Below are positions 62,429-64,000 of a stretch of DNA of 64,000 nt, in pieces. This DNA is from Candidatus Daviesbacteria bacterium (GTDB lineage Bacteria > Patescibacteriota > Microgenomatia > Daviesbacterales > UBA10151). The notes below the pieces were generated by a model, which was given only the letters and a program-made list of their open reading frames with translations, made no database searches and was not told where the DNA came from. The stretch is from assembly GCA_016176335.1 (NCBI GenBank), contig JACOXI010000003.1:113104-177103 (forward strand), given 5' to 3'. The translations under genes and the position numbers were made by a program. The number at the start of each line of letters is the position of its first letter. Positions within the stretch are counted from its first letter, which is position 1.

Positions 62429-63841
62429 TTAGATTCTAGGAAAAAGTGGAGTACCTGATTTAATATGGCCTTTGAATTGTTCTAGGATTTTTTCTACAGT
62501 TTCCGGCAAAAATGGTTGGAGGTTAAAAGCTATATGTTGGATTCTTTTAACTAATTCCACTAAAACTTCTTCTAACTTTTCACCAGATAATTCCCAGGGT
62601 TTTTCTTCGTTAACCTGTTTATCTGCTTGGGTTATTTCTCCCCAAATATGGTTCAATGCCTCGTTAAACTTAAAAGATGCAAGATAAACTGTCATCTTTG
62701 GGTCAAACTCTGTTGGTAAATTGGGAGCATTTAAATTAACTTTCTCACAAAGCTTGGCAACTCTGGCCACCAAATTCCCCAAACCATTGGCCAAATCTGC
62801 ATTGTAAATTTCTCTGAATCTTTCTTCAGTAAAATCTCCATCAGCATCTATTGGAATTTGGGAGAGCATATAGTAGCGAAGAGGTTCCAGCCCATATTGT
62901 TTTACCACATCTTGCGGAGAAATAACATTCCCCACTGACTTACTAATCTTTTCTCCTTTTAAATTAACAAATCCATGAATTAAAATTTGTTTTGGCAAGG
63001 GAAGCCCTGCTGATAAAAGCATAGCCGGCCAATAAACTGTATGGAATCGATTGATATCTTTACCGATAATATGCAAATCCGCAGGCCACCATTTTTTCCA
63101 TTTTTCCTCATCCCAGCCAAACCCTATTCCTGTCATATAAATATTTAAAGCATCAAACCAGACATAAATTTTTTGAGTTGGATCTTCCGGGACTGGTACA
63201 CCGACGCCTCTGGCACGCTCATTTGATCTGGAAACACTGAAATCTTCTAGACCGGATTTAATAAAGGATAAGACTTCTCTCTTTTTGTTTTCTGGAATAA
63301 TTTTAAATTCATTTGTTTCAATTGCATGAATCAATTTATCCTGATATCTTGATAATCTGAAAAAATAATTTTCTTCTTTCACCGGTTCTGGTTTTTTCTG
63401 ATGGGTTGGACAAATTCCATCAACCAATTCTTCAGCGGTTTTAAAAGATTCACATCCAACACAATAAAGCCCCGCATATGCTTTTTTATAAATATCGCCA
63501 TTTTTTTCGCAAAGTTTCCACAGTTTTTGTACACCGGGCCAGTGTTTTTTTTGATCCGAACCTCTTTGAAAAACATCCAAATGCACTCCTAAAAATTCAT
63601 AAGTGTCATGCCAGATTTTGGAATTTCTATCTAAGAATTGCTGGACTGGTAAACCTTCTGTTTCTGCTGCCTGTACGTTTTTCAAAGCGTTTTCGTCAGC
63701 ACCAGAAAGCAGCAGTGTTTGGTAACCTTTTAATCGGTAATATCTTCGGACAGTATCTGCCTGAAAATATTCCAATGAATGACCGACATGGGGTAACCCG
63801 TTTACATACGGTATTGCTGTTGTTAAATAGAATTTTTTCAT
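62429..63841 (-). CDS. metG: Methionyl-tRNA synthetase (minimal form, no C-terminal tRNA-binding domain)
   Basis: HIGH-type motif PYVNGLPHVGHS and KMSKS-type motif GEKISKSVGN. Zn-knuckle CVGCESF. Confidence 0.9.
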   Translation of the reverse strand: MKKFYLTTAIPYVNGLPHVGHSLEYFQADTVRRYYRLKGYQTLLLSGADENALKNVQAAETEGLPVQQFLDRNSKIWHDTYEFLGVHLDVFQRGSDQKKHWPGVQKLWKLCEKNGDIYKKAYAGLYCVGCESFKTAEELVDGICPTHQKKPEPVKEENYFFRLSRYQDKLIHAIETNEFKIIPENKKREVLSFIKSGLEDFSVSRSNERARGVGVPVPEDPTQKIYVWFDALNIYMTGIGFGWDEEKWKKWWPADLHIIGKDINRFHTVYWPAMLLSAGLPLPKQILIHGFVNLKGEKISKSVGNVISPQDVVKQYGLEPLRYYMLSQIPIDADGDFTEERFREIYNADLANGLGNLVARVAKLCEKVNLNAPNLPTEFDPKMTVYLASFKFNEALNHIWGEITQADKQVNEEKPWELSGEKLEEVLVELVKRIQHIAFNLQPFLPETVEKILEQFKGHIKSGTPLFPRI

Positions 63842-64000
63842 GCTTTACTTTCGTACATGCGTCAGTTTAGGGATTTTTGGCAGTTTAGTCAAATTTTTAA
63901 ATCCTGAGTTTATCGAAGGACTTCTTTTTTTCATTTTCCTAAAATAGCTTATCGAAAGGATAATCATCACCGCGGCAATACCTCCGGTTACTAAATTTAG

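Overview
This 64 kb window looks like part of a small, AT-rich (about 38-42% GC) bacterial chromosome. Several clues suggest an ultra-small Patescibacteria/CPR-type bacterium. This is an inference from gene content: SemiSWEET, DUF4012 fusion, four-helix-bundle IVS protein, TrbC/VirB2-like pilin paralogues, and a VirB4/VirB6 system with no coupling protein visible.

The window spans the chromosomal replication-origin neighbourhood: dnaN, a NERD-like nuclease, dnaA, DnaA boxes, rpmH, rnpA, yidD, yidC and jag. It also carries many housekeeping genes: valS, metG, tsaD, ahcY, murB, rpiB, groES/groEL, rplY, rnhA, tatD and thpR. Two envelope-glycan modules are present: a flippase, O-antigen-ligase-like protein and epimerase-DUF4012 fusion, and a UbiA, WecA-like GT4 and GT2 group. 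There are three type II toxin-antitoxin pairs: HicAB, DinJ/YafQ-like, and a RelE/ParE-like pair.

The most striking locus is a type IV secretion/pilus-like cluster split into two halves. The first half (5.1-11.4 kb) holds six paralogous VirB2/TrbC-like pilin-domain proteins, a frameshifted lipoprotein M23 peptidase and a VirB6/TrbL-like protein. The second half (18.3-24.6 kb) holds a VirB3/PrgI-like protein, a VirB4 N-domain protein, a VirB4 ATPase, a lytic-transglycosylase/HExxH hydrolase and a small anchored protein.

The two halves are separated by an opposite-strand cassette at 11.4-18.0 kb. It carries a 1416-aa protein with no recognisable domains, a DinJ/YafQ pair, and a 451-aa protein ending in a Cys4 zinc-ribbon-like tail. 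A GC-rich direct-repeat motif, AGTCGAAGG / CCTGAGCG, sits in front of both large genes. The same motif also precedes an unrelated three-gene GC-rich islet at 43-44.4 kb.

Several short dispersed repeat families are visible. One is a 31-nt CGATAAACGAT module. It occurs in the giant gene's upstream region and twice, in-frame, inside tsaD.

No rRNA, complete tRNA or CRISPR array was found.
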